From: a virus
Lineage: Duplodnaviria > Caudoviricetes
Virus record (IMG/VR): IMGVR_UViG_3300005611_000094
Span: 1 to 36,028 of that record
Length of the DNA: 36,028 nucleotides
Strand: one strand, 5' to 3'
The notes beneath the pieces are model-generated. The model searched no databases. It was not told where the DNA came from and was given only the letters and a program-made list of their open reading frames with translations. Position 1 is the first letter of the stretch. The number at the start of each line of letters is the position of its first letter. Below, piece by piece: positions 25,705 to 35,500 of the stretch. The position numbers and the translations under genes are program-made.

Positions 25705-27477
25705 TTATGGTTGTACTGCAGGCCATACAAATCCTGCGTAAACATCTTGTGTTGCAGTTCCACCTGTTGTTGTTTCTCTAAAAGTAAATTTTGTATATGA
25801 TTCATAATAAGTATTTGTAGCAGCTTTATAACTTATTGAACCTCTAAATTGTAAATATAAAATACCATTTGTTGGTGTTAATGTAGTTTGTCCTGCAAAT
25901 TCACTAACTGTTATCCAAGTACCGCCACTTGTAATTTTATCAGTAGCACTGCTAGCAACACGTATTTTACAATCTTCGTAATTATTAGATATTGGAAATT
26001 TTTGAACAGTTATACTACCAACTCCATTTGTAATTGTCATTGTAATTACATCAGAATAATATGTTCCGCTTGTACTTTTTGTTTCCACAACATTGCTATC
26101 GTCTACAGATATTGTTGGTGCTTGAGCTCCAGTAGTAGTTAAAGAAGCATCGCTATATTCAAAATCTGCACTTGTACCTTGACCGTTAGCAACTACCTTA
26201 ACATCGTATCGTGTTAATTGTGCTAATCCTGTTAATTGACAATCTGTAGCTACTGCTGTATTAGAAGTATTTCCACTTGCACTAGGTGTAAACGAAGTAC
26301 CAGCATCATAATTAGAAGTTCCATTTACTTTCTTATACACTGTAAAACTAGATGTTGTAACAGTATCTGCGGTAATACGTATTGTTAAAGATGTATTTTG
26401 TGCAGCTCCTTGCAATGCTACACTAGTTATATTTGCAGGTTTAGCATCTCTTAAATAATCTATATTTCCACTACTATCTGTTTTAAATATATAAAATGTT
26501 GGTGCTAATCCTTTTAAACCTAGTCTGGAATAACTGTTAGATTGAGTATATAAACTACTATATCCAGTATCTGTGTATAATTTTTTACCAGTAGATAGAG
26601 TAGTTAATAAAAAATTACCATATAAAGATGTAGATGTTTGAGATAACTCAACAAAATCTACATTTCCTCCTGTAGTATCTAAACTTGAAGGGGTGTTAGC
26701 AGCGGTAGCACAAGCTACTAAATTTCCATTGCTCCATAACCCAGTAACAATATCTCCACTACTAATATTGTAAGTACCACTATTTTCTGTATATTGTATA
26801 CGTTGCGTATAAAAAGGAACAGGTCCATAATTTGTAGATTCTGCAGTACCTTCAACAATACTATCTGGTTGCATTTCATCACTTCCATAAAAAGCACTTA
26901 TTTCATATTGATATTCATATTGAAATACAGTACCAGAATTTTCAACACTATCGTCAGGAAAAGTTGGTGATATGTTAGAACTAGAATATATAGTATTTTC
27001 ATTTCCAGTAATAGATATAAAATTACCACTACTATTAAGTATATGAGTATATTCAGAAGGCATAACGCCTAACGTACTTCTTTTTCTTTTAATTTTAAAA
27101 TTAATAACACCATTTGAATTAAAATTTGTATCTGTCGAAGTGTAAGTCCAATTCAATGTAATTCTTGGACCTCCAGATTCTTGAGTATATGTTGCTTCTA
27201 AATTTATAACATGATTGTAAGTTGTAGTACCAGTTCCTGAGCCAGATGTTGTAGTAGATGCTGCAGCTGTAGTAGTTCCAGTTACTCCAATTTCTTGTTT
27301 TTCCCATCTTTTTTTATTTTTAATTACTTGATATAATTTATTACCAAGTTTTACAAATTTAGAATCACCATCATTACCTTCATTATTTTTAGGCATCATT
27401 TTAGCTACAAAAGAATGAGGTACATAAGATTGTAATGTAGATACTTTTTGTAAAAATCTTTTGTTTTTATCTGTCAT
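25705..27477 (-). CDS. Ser/Thr-rich beta-sandwich (FN3-like) tail/surface protein
   Basis: ITLNW...YQYEISA and LTGLAQLTRYDVKVVA are FN3-type motifs. Confidence 0.6.
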   Translation of the reverse strand: MTDKNKRFLQKVSTLQSYVPHSFVAKMMPKNNEGNDGDSKFVKLGNKLYQVIKNKKRWEKQEIGVTGTTTAAASTTTSGSGTGTTTYNHVINLEATYTQESGGPRITLNWTYTSTDTNFNSNGVINFKIKRKRSTLGVMPSEYTHILNSSGNFISITGNENTIYSSSNISPTFPDDSVENSGTVFQYEYQYEISAFYGSDEMQPDSIVEGTAESTNYGPVPFYTQRIQYTENSGTYNISSGDIVTGLWSNGNLVACATAANTPSSLDTTGGNVDFVELSQTSTSLYGNFLLTTLSTGKKLYTDTGYSSLYTQSNSYSRLGLKGLAPTFYIFKTDSSGNIDYLRDAKPANITSVALQGAAQNTSLTIRITADTVTTSSFTVYKKVNGTSNYDAGTSFTPSASGNTSNTAVATDCQLTGLAQLTRYDVKVVANGQGTSADFEYSDASLTTTGAQAPTISVDDSNVVETKSTSGTYYSDVITMTITNGVGSITVQKFPISNNYEDCKIRVASSATDKITSGGTWITVSEFAGQTTLTPTNGILYLQFRGSISYKAATNTYYESYTKFTFRETTTGGTATQDVYAGFVWPAVQP

Positions 27478-29885
27478 CTAAGTACCTTTTCTCTGTAAAT
27501 AAATTGAATATCATCTATAGAAAAATTAGAATCTATTGTTACTGGTGTGCCACTATTACCACCTGTAACTAATTGTAGCGTATATCCATACACTTTTTCT
27601 GATGCACTACTTTTTAAATTAGAACTTGATATAGTGAATTTTTTTACTTTTCTTTCATTGCTTGTATCTTCCAACGAACCTATTGCTACAGCATTACCGT
27701 TATTACTACCATTAGTACTTGGTATTATTTGTACCGATATATTTGTTCCCATAGTATAAGTTATTTGAATAGCATTTAAATTTTTAGGAACATCAGGACT
27801 ACCAAAATCAAACTCTTTTGTTTTCATTAGTACTTGTCCACCACCATTATAATCCTTACTAGAAGTGTTGCTATTCCATTTCAATAATTGACTTGCTTCC
27901 AAAGAAAATAAATCTCCATTATTGTCATTTATAAAATTGGTAGTATCATTAGAAGGAAACACTTTATATCCATTAGAAGAATACCCTGAACGTAATTCTG
28001 TAGTAAACGAACCAGATTTTAAATCAAATACATATACTTTACCATTCTCATAATTAGTACCTACTTCTGTACTATCAAATATAATTAATTGTTTTTTAAA
28101 TGGTACAAATCCAATTTTCATATTATCGCTATAATCGTTTTTCCAGTTAATTAAATTTTGTCCAGTATCTCTGTCTTGAACTAAATCAACCAAACTATTA
28201 CCATCATATAAGAATATTCCATGTTTATTAAACCAAGCTACAAAACCTTCAGCTTTAACTAAATGAGATTGTTTTAAACATCCACGATAATCGTAGGTTC
28301 CTTCTAAAAACTCTATATCTCTAGAAACATTTATAATATATAATGTGTTTTGCTTAAATTGCAGCAATCTACCACCTAGGTTCTCTAATACGGTAATATC
28401 TTCTCCGTCATTAATTTCAACATCTATAAAATCATCTTCTTCAAAAAAATCAAAACTATTTACATTAGATTTTAATACTCTGTCATTTTTAGTAACTAAA
28501 GTACCTTCTTTGTTATAGTATCTCACATTACCTATATATGCTTTTCTATTTAATATAGTAGATGTTTTCCATCCAGTTCCATCTCTACCCACCACAGTAT
28601 GGGTATTGCTTAATAAAGGTTCTTCTGTACTAAGTTTTGTAAGTATTTGACCTTGTAAATATGTAGGAGTAGAAGCAGATGGAGGATATACGTAATAATA
28701 TTTACTAGTTGCTCCAGTTATTTCTTCAAAAGAACTATATCCACTAACTCCACTTAATCTAACACCTTTTTCATAATTAACTTCTGCTAATAAATACCTG
28801 CTGTCTACTTCACCAAACACTTCATTATTTACCTCTTTATAACTGTCAATCAAACCCCAATATACTTTAAATCCAGTTACCCTATCTTTACCTGGTTCTC
28901 TTCCAATAAAAGAAAGATATAATATATGATTTAAATTTTCTGTCATGTTAGGTTGATATATAATTCCTAAAAATGTAGGTCCACTTTCTTGCACTCCATC
29001 ATATATTAACGTACCCCATAATCCATATCTTTTATCAGCAGCACCATAAACTACAATATCACTTCTATCTGCTTGGTCAGTACTTGGTGCTCCATCAAAA
29101 TATGCAATACAACCCATAGTTCCTGTGCTAGATGCAGTATCTCCTAGCTTAGTATTAATAAGAGCAGGAGATAAAGCTACCCGCCCATTGTTTGCTGTAC
29201 CTGAAGTATTTTCATAATATGTTAAACTGGAATCTGGAAACATATGTACTTCAGAGTTAGCTGCTTGTCTTGGTCCACTTCCACTAGACAATAACATTTT
29301 GTTGTCATATATACCAGTACCATCTGTATTTGTTTGAATAGGTGCAACATTCATACTATTAACGCCCATTTTACCAGGCTCAGGATTTTCATTTTGTGAA
29401 CCAGATGTACCAAAATTTCTAGTATATTCAATTCTACTAACTATTTTAGGTGTATTATTAGGATACTCTCTGCAAACTCTTAAATTACCATCAGCTACAA
29501 ACATATCAATATTACCAGTGCCTGATGTAGCAACTGTCACAGAATCTGTAGACGGCTCTACTATTGTATTGCTAGACAAATCTATAAACTTTACAACTCT
29601 ACTATCTTTGTCATGATATGCAATATATTCTTTAGATTCTTGAGAAGCATTAACAATATTGTAATCTGTATTAAAATGTAATAATCCATTACCATTATTA
29701 ACTGATGTAGGCAATGTACCCGAAGTACTTACATCTTCTATTTTACCTAGGGTAACTAACTTTCCAAATATTTCGTTATCTAAACCTTCTAATATATGAA
29801 ATTGATTAGGTTTTAAATCTCTTATAGATGCTACGCTGTTTAGCCCACCACTAAAATTATTTACGTTTATACTTCTTTTTGGCAT
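27474..29885 (-). CDS. tail tubular/nozzle (stabilization) protein
   Basis: N-terminal NNFSGGLN...DLKPNQF and beta-propeller-like repeats (GIFLYDG); 803 aa; position fits a podovirus nozzle. Confidence 0.65.
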   Translation of the reverse strand: MPKRSINVNNFSGGLNSVASIRDLKPNQFHILEGLDNEIFGKLVTLGKIEDVSTSGTLPTSVNNGNGLLHFNTDYNIVNASQESKEYIAYHDKDSRVVKFIDLSSNTIVEPSTDSVTVATSGTGNIDMFVADGNLRVCREYPNNTPKIVSRIEYTRNFGTSGSQNENPEPGKMGVNSMNVAPIQTNTDGTGIYDNKMLLSSGSGPRQAANSEVHMFPDSSLTYYENTSGTANNGRVALSPALINTKLGDTASSTGTMGCIAYFDGAPSTDQADRSDIVVYGAADKRYGLWGTLIYDGVQESGPTFLGIIYQPNMTENLNHILYLSFIGREPGKDRVTGFKVYWGLIDSYKEVNNEVFGEVDSRYLLAEVNYEKGVRLSGVSGYSSFEEITGATSKYYYVYPPSASTPTYLQGQILTKLSTEEPLLSNTHTVVGRDGTGWKTSTILNRKAYIGNVRYYNKEGTLVTKNDRVLKSNVNSFDFFEEDDFIDVEINDGEDITVLENLGGRLLQFKQNTLYIINVSRDIEFLEGTYDYRGCLKQSHLVKAEGFVAWFNKHGIFLYDGNSLVDLVQDRDTGQNLINWKNDYSDNMKIGFVPFKKQLIIFDSTEVGTNYENGKVYVFDLKSGSFTTELRSGYSSNGYKVFPSNDTTNFINDNNGDLFSLEASQLLKWNSNTSSKDYNGGGQVLMKTKEFDFGSPDVPKNLNAIQITYTMGTNISVQIIPSTNGSNNGNAVAIGSLEDTSNERKVKKFTISSSNLKSSASEKVYGYTLQLVTGGNSGTPVTIDSNFSIDDIQFIYREKVLR

Positions 29886-29952
29886 TTGTCTTCTTCTTTT
29901 TCTTTTTTAAGTTGTACATTCTTCGAGTATTGTTAATACTTTCACCTTTCAT
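29857..29952 (-). CDS. tiny Lys-rich protein (31 aa)
   Basis: Hand-translated MKGESINNTRRMYNLKKKKKKTNAKKKYKRK; fills the gap. Confidence 0.45.
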   Translation of the reverse strand: MKGESINNTRRMYNLKKKKKKTNAKKKYKRK

Positions 29953-29953
29953 T

Positions 29954-30721
29954 TTACTTGGTGCCATCGATTAACTCTCCCCATACAGTAGTTTTACCAT
30001 CAATAATTTCAACGACTTCTACTTTAAATTCTCCATTACTAAACCAATCAATAATAGCAAAAGCGTGACCCCAGTTATGTAGTCTGCCTTTTAACCATTT
30101 ATTATTCTGATGGTCCATTTTCTTTAAACATCCTAATGCCCAAGCACCAATATTACCATTAAGCTTAGTCAATGTATGCCTTTGTATATCATGAGTATGT
30201 CCATACATTACATTCTCACCATATGTTTCCAGGTGTTTCTTTGCATGATATGTCGTTGCAAAAGCACCATGGAAGAACGCAAGCTTACCTACTTGGATTG
30301 GTAAGTTGTGTTCTTTGTATTTGTATCCTCTCTCTTTGATTCTACACTTCTTTTCAAAAGTGTAATCGTTGAGATAAGGATACTTATTAGCAAAATTATC
30401 CAACCAGAGGTCGTGGTTACCTTGGAGTAAATACTTTTCTTTACATCCCACTTTTTTAAGCACTTCATCCCACTCATCTAATCCTTCATTTACTAATCTT
30501 ATATCTTCTTCTACTAATGGAAGTTGAAACTCTAATGGTGGTAACTTCTTGTCTTTATATCTCCAAGCAGATACTGACTCCCACTCTCCAACATCACCTA
30601 GGTTTACAAAAACCTTTGGCTTTATTTTAAGTATTGCTTTCTTAACACATTCTACTGCAGCCCTATCTTCTAATGGATAATGCTGGTCAGGTATTACGAT
30701 ACCACGTTTTTTAAGTTTCAA
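29954..30721 (-). CDS. calcineurin-like metallophosphoesterase
   Basis: PDQH, LGD, GNHD, FHG, GHTH motifs; TTG start with GGAGG. Confidence 0.9.
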   Translation of the reverse strand: MKLKKRGIVIPDQHYPLEDRAAVECVKKAILKIKPKVFVNLGDVGEWESVSAWRYKDKKLPPLEFQLPLVEEDIRLVNEGLDEWDEVLKKVGCKEKYLLQGNHDLWLDNFANKYPYLNDYTFEKKCRIKERGYKYKEHNLPIQVGKLAFFHGAFATTYHAKKHLETYGENVMYGHTHDIQRHTLTKLNGNIGAWALGCLKKMDHQNNKWLKGRLHNWGHAFAIIDWFSNGEFKVEVVEIIDGKTTVWGELIDGTK

Positions 30722-30730
30722 TGAAACCTC

Positions 30731-30883
30731 CTATTTTAATGCTTTTTTAATTTCTGCAAACAGCTTGTCATCTAATTTATTTGAAGACTTAGTAACTAAG
30801 TGTTCTCCTAAATGTAATACAATAGCTTTTAATACTTTTTCAGTACCAAGCTTTGCAAGTAACTTACCTAATATTGGTCCCAT
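30731..30883 (-). CDS. small amphipathic protein (50 aa, MGPILGKLLAKLGTEK...)
   Basis: Hand-translated; GAGG RBS, TAATG coupling; possible lysis accessory. Confidence 0.65.
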   Translation of the reverse strand: MGPILGKLLAKLGTEKVLKAIVLHLGEHLVTKSSNKLDDKLFAEIKKALK

Positions 30884-31080
30884 TATTTTACCTCACAATC
30901 TTCTTTGCAAGCTTCTAGGCCTTTCATATATCCTTGATGCTCTACAATCATTTGTTTAACTTCTCCCAATCTACCTTGGGCTTCTTGTATCTCTCCAACA
31001 AGAGTGTTGTGCTGTTCAACTAAAGTTTCCATTTTAGTCTCAGCTTCTTGTCTTAGGTCTACTTTTTTTTCTTTTGCCAT
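30883..31080 (-). CDS. small coiled-coil protein
   Basis: 65 aa, AGGAG RBS. Confidence 0.7.
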   Translation of the reverse strand: MAKEKKVDLRQEAETKMETLVEQHNTLVGEIQEAQGRLGEVKQMIVEHQGYMKGLEACKEDCEVK

Positions 31081-31103
31081 GTTACAGGTCTCCTATTATG
31101 TTA

Positions 31104-31232
31104 TTAATTATTTTTTTTTATTTTTTTGATTTTACCGTTATGCGTTCTAGCAAATTTATGTGTTTTGGTTTCTCTTATAAGAGTGCCTTTATAGCGTTTA
31201 CCTCCCCACATCCAACTTACTGTCTTAGCCAT
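31104..31232 (-). CDS. small basic protein (42 aa, MAKTVSWMWGGKRYKG...)
   Basis: Hand-translated; TAATG coupling. Confidence 0.65.
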   Translation of the reverse strand: MAKTVSWMWGGKRYKGTLIRETKTHKFARTHNGKIKKIKKNN

Positions 31233-31324
31233 TATTTCTTTTTCCCCTTCTTTTTGCCCATTTTTTTCTTTTTCTTAGGTGGTCTACCTACTTTACTACC
31301 GTATGTTCCTTTTCCCATTGGCAT
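31232..31324 (-). CDS. small basic protein (30 aa, MPMGKGTYGSKVGRPPKK...)
   Basis: Hand-translated; GAGGA RBS; GRP AT-hook-like core with a Lys tail. Confidence 0.7.
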   Translation of the reverse strand: MPMGKGTYGSKVGRPPKKKKKMGKKKGKKK

Positions 31325-31336
31325 TATATTATCCTC

Positions 31337-31624
31337 CTACCATTTAACTTTATGCGACCAATATCTAGCACTTAATTTGCTTGGTTTAGCATCTTGTGCA
31401 TTGTGTCTAGCATAATATGATTTACGTCTTGCTTTATCTTTTTTACTCTTTGGATTCTTACCAGCACCTCTTACACCTTGCTGTCCAAATCTTATCAATT
31501 TTGTTGTTTCTCCAACCTTAGCTACCACTACGTGCGATTTTTTAGGATGGTTAGGTGTTCTTTTAGGTTTATTATAACCACTTACACCAGCTCTAGTTAA
31601 TTTAGGGTCTTTCTTTCTAGCCAT
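31337..31624 (-). CDS. basic conserved phage protein (RFGQQG...Y.ARH...SARYWS..W type)
   Basis: Motif pattern familiar from aquatic phages; function unknown. Confidence 0.8.
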   Translation of the reverse strand: MARKKDPKLTRAGVSGYNKPKRTPNHPKKSHVVVAKVGETTKLIRFGQQGVRGAGKNPKSKKDKARRKSYYARHNAQDAKPSKLSARYWSHKVKW

Positions 31625-31764
31625 TATCCTTGTCCTCTACTACGTTTTTTATAATACTTTTTACTAGTTTTAGTTCCATACTTGGTATTATTTGACATTC
31701 CTTGACGAGTTTTCTTCTTACCATTTGTATGTCTTTTTTGTGTTGGTCCGAATACTTTACGCAT
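31624..31764 (-). CDS. small basic protein (46 aa, MRKVFGPTQKRH...RSRGQG)
   Basis: Hand-translated; TAATG coupling; starts 5 nt after a TATATTTG box. Confidence 0.65.
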   Translation of the reverse strand: MRKVFGPTQKRHTNGKKKTRQGMSNNTKYGTKTSKKYYKKRSRGQG

Positions 31765-31769
31765 GATGT

Positions 31770-31801
31770 CAAATATAATACCTATTTAACTTGTTTCCAA
31801 A
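31770..31801 (-). promoter_or_regulatory. Bacteroidota/FCB-type promoter
   Basis: Exact TTTG-N20-TATATTTG in a 43-nt intergenic gap. Confidence 0.65.
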
Positions 31802-31807
31802 TACTTT

Positions 31808-32008
31808 TTATAATATGCCTAATATGGCAGCTATAACTACACCAACAGTAATAATACGTGCAATGTTCTTTTCATTGGTACGTACTCTGCCATTCTGCTC
31901 TTTCAGTAATTGTTTTATCTCTTTTATATCGTGATATATATCAATTACTTGAGCTTCTATTACAGCTACTCTTTCAGTCATTTGTTCTCTGTATTCACTT
32001 ACTTTCAT
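31808..32008 (-). CDS. XhlA/holin-like membrane protein
   Basis: Coiled coil followed by C-terminal hydrophobic helix IITVGVVIAAILGIL. Confidence 0.55.
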   Translation of the reverse strand: MKVSEYREQMTERVAVIEAQVIDIYHDIKEIKQLLKEQNGRVRTNEKNIARIITVGVVIAAILGIL

Positions 32009-32016
32009 TATTTATC

Positions 32017-32280
32017 CTATGGTTCTGGTGGTCCTGGACCGCCTCCTGTATTCCAAGATAAACCTCTTAACTCATTCATACCATATGGTGTTTGACCAGT
32101 AGCTATACCAGCATTAGGCATTTCATCACAAGGTCCATATGCAGAAGGAAATGACATTCCAAATCCTCCCACACTAGAACCAGCTAAACTTATGTTAGTA
32201 GTTCCAATACCCTGCGTAGCTGCGTGTACATGTCCACGTAATTGTATCTCACCAGTAGTTGGTATAATTGGTAAAGCCAT
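32017..32280 (-). CDS. small Gly-rich tail-fibre-associated protein
   Basis: MALP..TTGEI...ISL...PYGMNELRG pattern; downstream of tail fibre. Confidence 0.55.
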   Translation of the reverse strand: MALPIIPTTGEIQLRGHVHAATQGIGTTNISLAGSSVGGFGMSFPSAYGPCDEMPNAGIATGQTPYGMNELRGLSWNTGGGPGPPEP

Positions 32281-32283
32281 TTA

Positions 32284-32535
32284 TTACTCAGCGTCTCTTA
32301 TTGCTATATAGTCTGCTAATTCTGCTTCACACTCAGCAAGCTGTGCTTCTAAGTTAGCTTTATGTGCTTCACATTGTGATATAGCTTCATCTACTGATTT
32401 TGTTTCAGTCCAATCTACTACTTCTACATCATTTCCTGATGCATCTTGCATTAATCTTGTATGCTTGATTTCTACCAATTTAGGTGAATCAACTTGTACT
32501 TGTTCTTGTACTTTTTCTGCGATTACTTTAGCCAT
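32284..32535 (-). CDS. small coiled-coil protein, possible fibre assembly factor
   Basis: 83 aa, AAGGAG RBS overlapping the fibre 3' end. Confidence 0.6.
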   Translation of the reverse strand: MAKVIAEKVQEQVQVDSPKLVEIKHTRLMQDASGNDVEVVDWTETKSVDEAISQCEAHKANLEAQLAECEAELADYIAIRDAE

Positions 32536-35500
32536 TTAACTTCTCCTTAAGTTCGTTTATTTGTTGTTGTTGTTCTTGAACTGCTTTAATTAATACAGCA
32601 GTTAATTTTTCATAATCCAAAGTTTTAATCTTGTCATCAAACCATTCATTGTCTTTTACAATTTCAGGGATTACTTTTTCTACTTCTTGTGCAATAAATC
32701 CTATATCATGTCTATTGTCTTTTTTCCAATCATATTCTTTTGGACTTAATTTCATAATAGTATCTAAACCATACTCAATATCTTTCACATTAGTTTTAAG
32801 TTTTTTATCTGATGGTGTTGTAGAAAATGCTACTACATCATTTGTTGCATGAAAAGCACCTGTACTTGTCATTCTAAATTTTTCACTTGTAGTTCCAGAT
32901 GCATTTAAATCAAACCTTATACTATTATTATTATTATTTTGTCTTATTGTTAAAACTCCTGTGCTATTGGATAATAATGAATTAGTACCATCGTGCGACA
33001 TATAAAAATCAACATCTCCACCAACACCTAATAAAACATTATCTTCTGTATAAGCATAAGTGTTTGCCATCTGCATTGTTCTTGAATTAGCAGTTACAAA
33101 ATCTATAACATTAGCACTTGGCTCGTAAATATAAGTATCATTACCACCATCTAAATAAACTTTATTTGTTGGTTGTGTAATAATATCGCCATCTATTCTT
33201 GCATTACCACCTGATATGTGTAGCTTTTGTGCAGGTGATGCAAGTCCTATACCGACATTACCTGTAGTATCTTTAATAATTAATCTTGTTGCTACACCAG
33301 CTTCATCTATTCCTAAATCTCCACCAACATTATATATTTGATATTTATTGGTTGTGCTTTCTAATTCAAGATAAGCACCATGAGAAGCACTATCAGTTTC
33401 AATTCTTAGTTGTGAATGTCCACTTGCATCTAATACATGTAAATCTACTGCAGGTGATGTAATTCCTATACCAACATTACCTCCAGGACTTAAAACTAAA
33501 TCCCCACCATTGGTGCTAATTGTTCCTGGTGAAGTATTAAAGTTTAAATATCCATCTCCATTACTATCTAAACCAAAACTAAACATTTCAGTATTACTAC
33601 TATTTCTAATTTTGATTACTTCTTGTGATGTAGTTCCATTTGCTTTTATTGTTAACTTTTCTCCAGGTGAGTCAGTTCCTATACCGACATTTTGAGAAGC
33701 ATCTATTCTCATACTTTCAGCAGCAGATGTTCCTGTATGAAAAGCCAATGCCATACTATCATCATACTGAGTTTCAGTTAAGATTTTTATAACTGCTGCA
33801 CCACCATAAGAACCTGTTTTATATCCTATTTCAGCTTGTGTTCTTGCACCATTAGTTGTATTAACACCTGTATTTGAAAATGTTAATCTTTGTCCTGATG
33901 TGCTACCACCTAAATCTAATTTACTTTGTGGTGATGTAGTTCCTATACCGACTCTATCTGTACTTGCATCTACAAAGAATAGATTAGCATCAGTATCTCC
34001 CTCTACTTTAAAGTTGTAATCTCCACCACCTTCATTAATAACTAAAGCAGTTGAAGCTAATCTAAATCTGTCTACACCATTGTATGTAATTAATAATGGA
34101 TTATTGCTTACATTGATTCTTGAATCTCCTGCAGGGTCGTGTGCATATAACTCTAAATCAGAATTTGCACCAATAATTAATTTTTGATTATCAGAAGATA
34201 TTCTTATACTTCCATTAACTTCAAGCTTTTGTCCAGGTGATGTAGTTCCTATACCGACATCAGCAGTATCTTTAATAACAAAAGCATTAGCATCAACACT
34301 ACCGCCTGATGAGTTATATACTTGAATGCGAAATGTACCTCCTTCATTCTGCATTTGATATGCACCATAACTTCCATTATGAATAGCACCTGTGCTTATA
34401 TTTCTATTAAATCCTAAAATACCTGTTATGGAAGAACCTCCACCTATTTCAAAATATCCACCAGCAGTTACAAGTTTTGAATAAGTTAAATCAAGTTTTA
34501 AAATATCATTAGCTGAACTTGGACTATTAGTTTTACCAATAAATAATCCATTAGCATTGTTTGCTATATAAGCACCTGTATCAACATCATCAAACAATAA
34601 TGCAGGATAAGTACCACCATCTTCAATTTTTATATTACCATCTACTTGTAATTTTTCTGAAGGTGATGTTATTCCTATACCGACATTACCTGAACCATCT
34701 ATTCTCATCTTTTCAGTACCTGAAGTACCAAATGTTAAAAATCCTGAAGCACCATCACCACCTCTATAAAAATCTATAAATCCATTAGTATAAGTTCCTA
34801 AATATTCCATTCCAATTCTATAAACCATTACATTAGCAGAAGAAGCATCTCCTGATTCTGCAATAAGTTTCATAGAATTACCTGCACCCTCAAGAGAGAA
34901 TAAATCTGTATTAGTGCTACCAGTAACTTCAAGCTTTGCATCAGGTGAGTTAGTTCCTATACCGACATTACCTGATGAGTCTATTCTGATTCTTTCACCA
35001 TCACTTGTATACATAGAAATTCTGTTATTACCAATTAAGCTAATAAGTCCACCTGATTGTACTCCTAATCCACCTTGTGAATTATTAGTAGTTGATGGAG
35101 AAAGACTTAATGTTTCTTGTGCAAGACTATTTGTATCTGATTTCACATTGAGTTCAGATTGAGGTGAGTTAGTTCCTATACCGACTCTTTGAGAGCTATC
35201 AATTCTCATAGCTTCAGCATTACCTGAGTACCATACATGACCACTTGTAGTTGAAGCAGCACCATACAACATAAATCCACCTGCATAGGCATTATTACTT
35301 GCACCAATATAAACATTATTATTCGCATGGATTCCAAGTAGGTTTATATCATCGCCATCTGCATCTTCAGCCATATAATAAGAACCATTATTAATCATTG
35401 TGTTTCCTACTACATGAAGTTTCTGTGCAGGTGATGTAGTTCCTATACCGACATTTTGTGTAGAACCTTGTATTCTCATTACTTCTTGATAGTCCCCACC

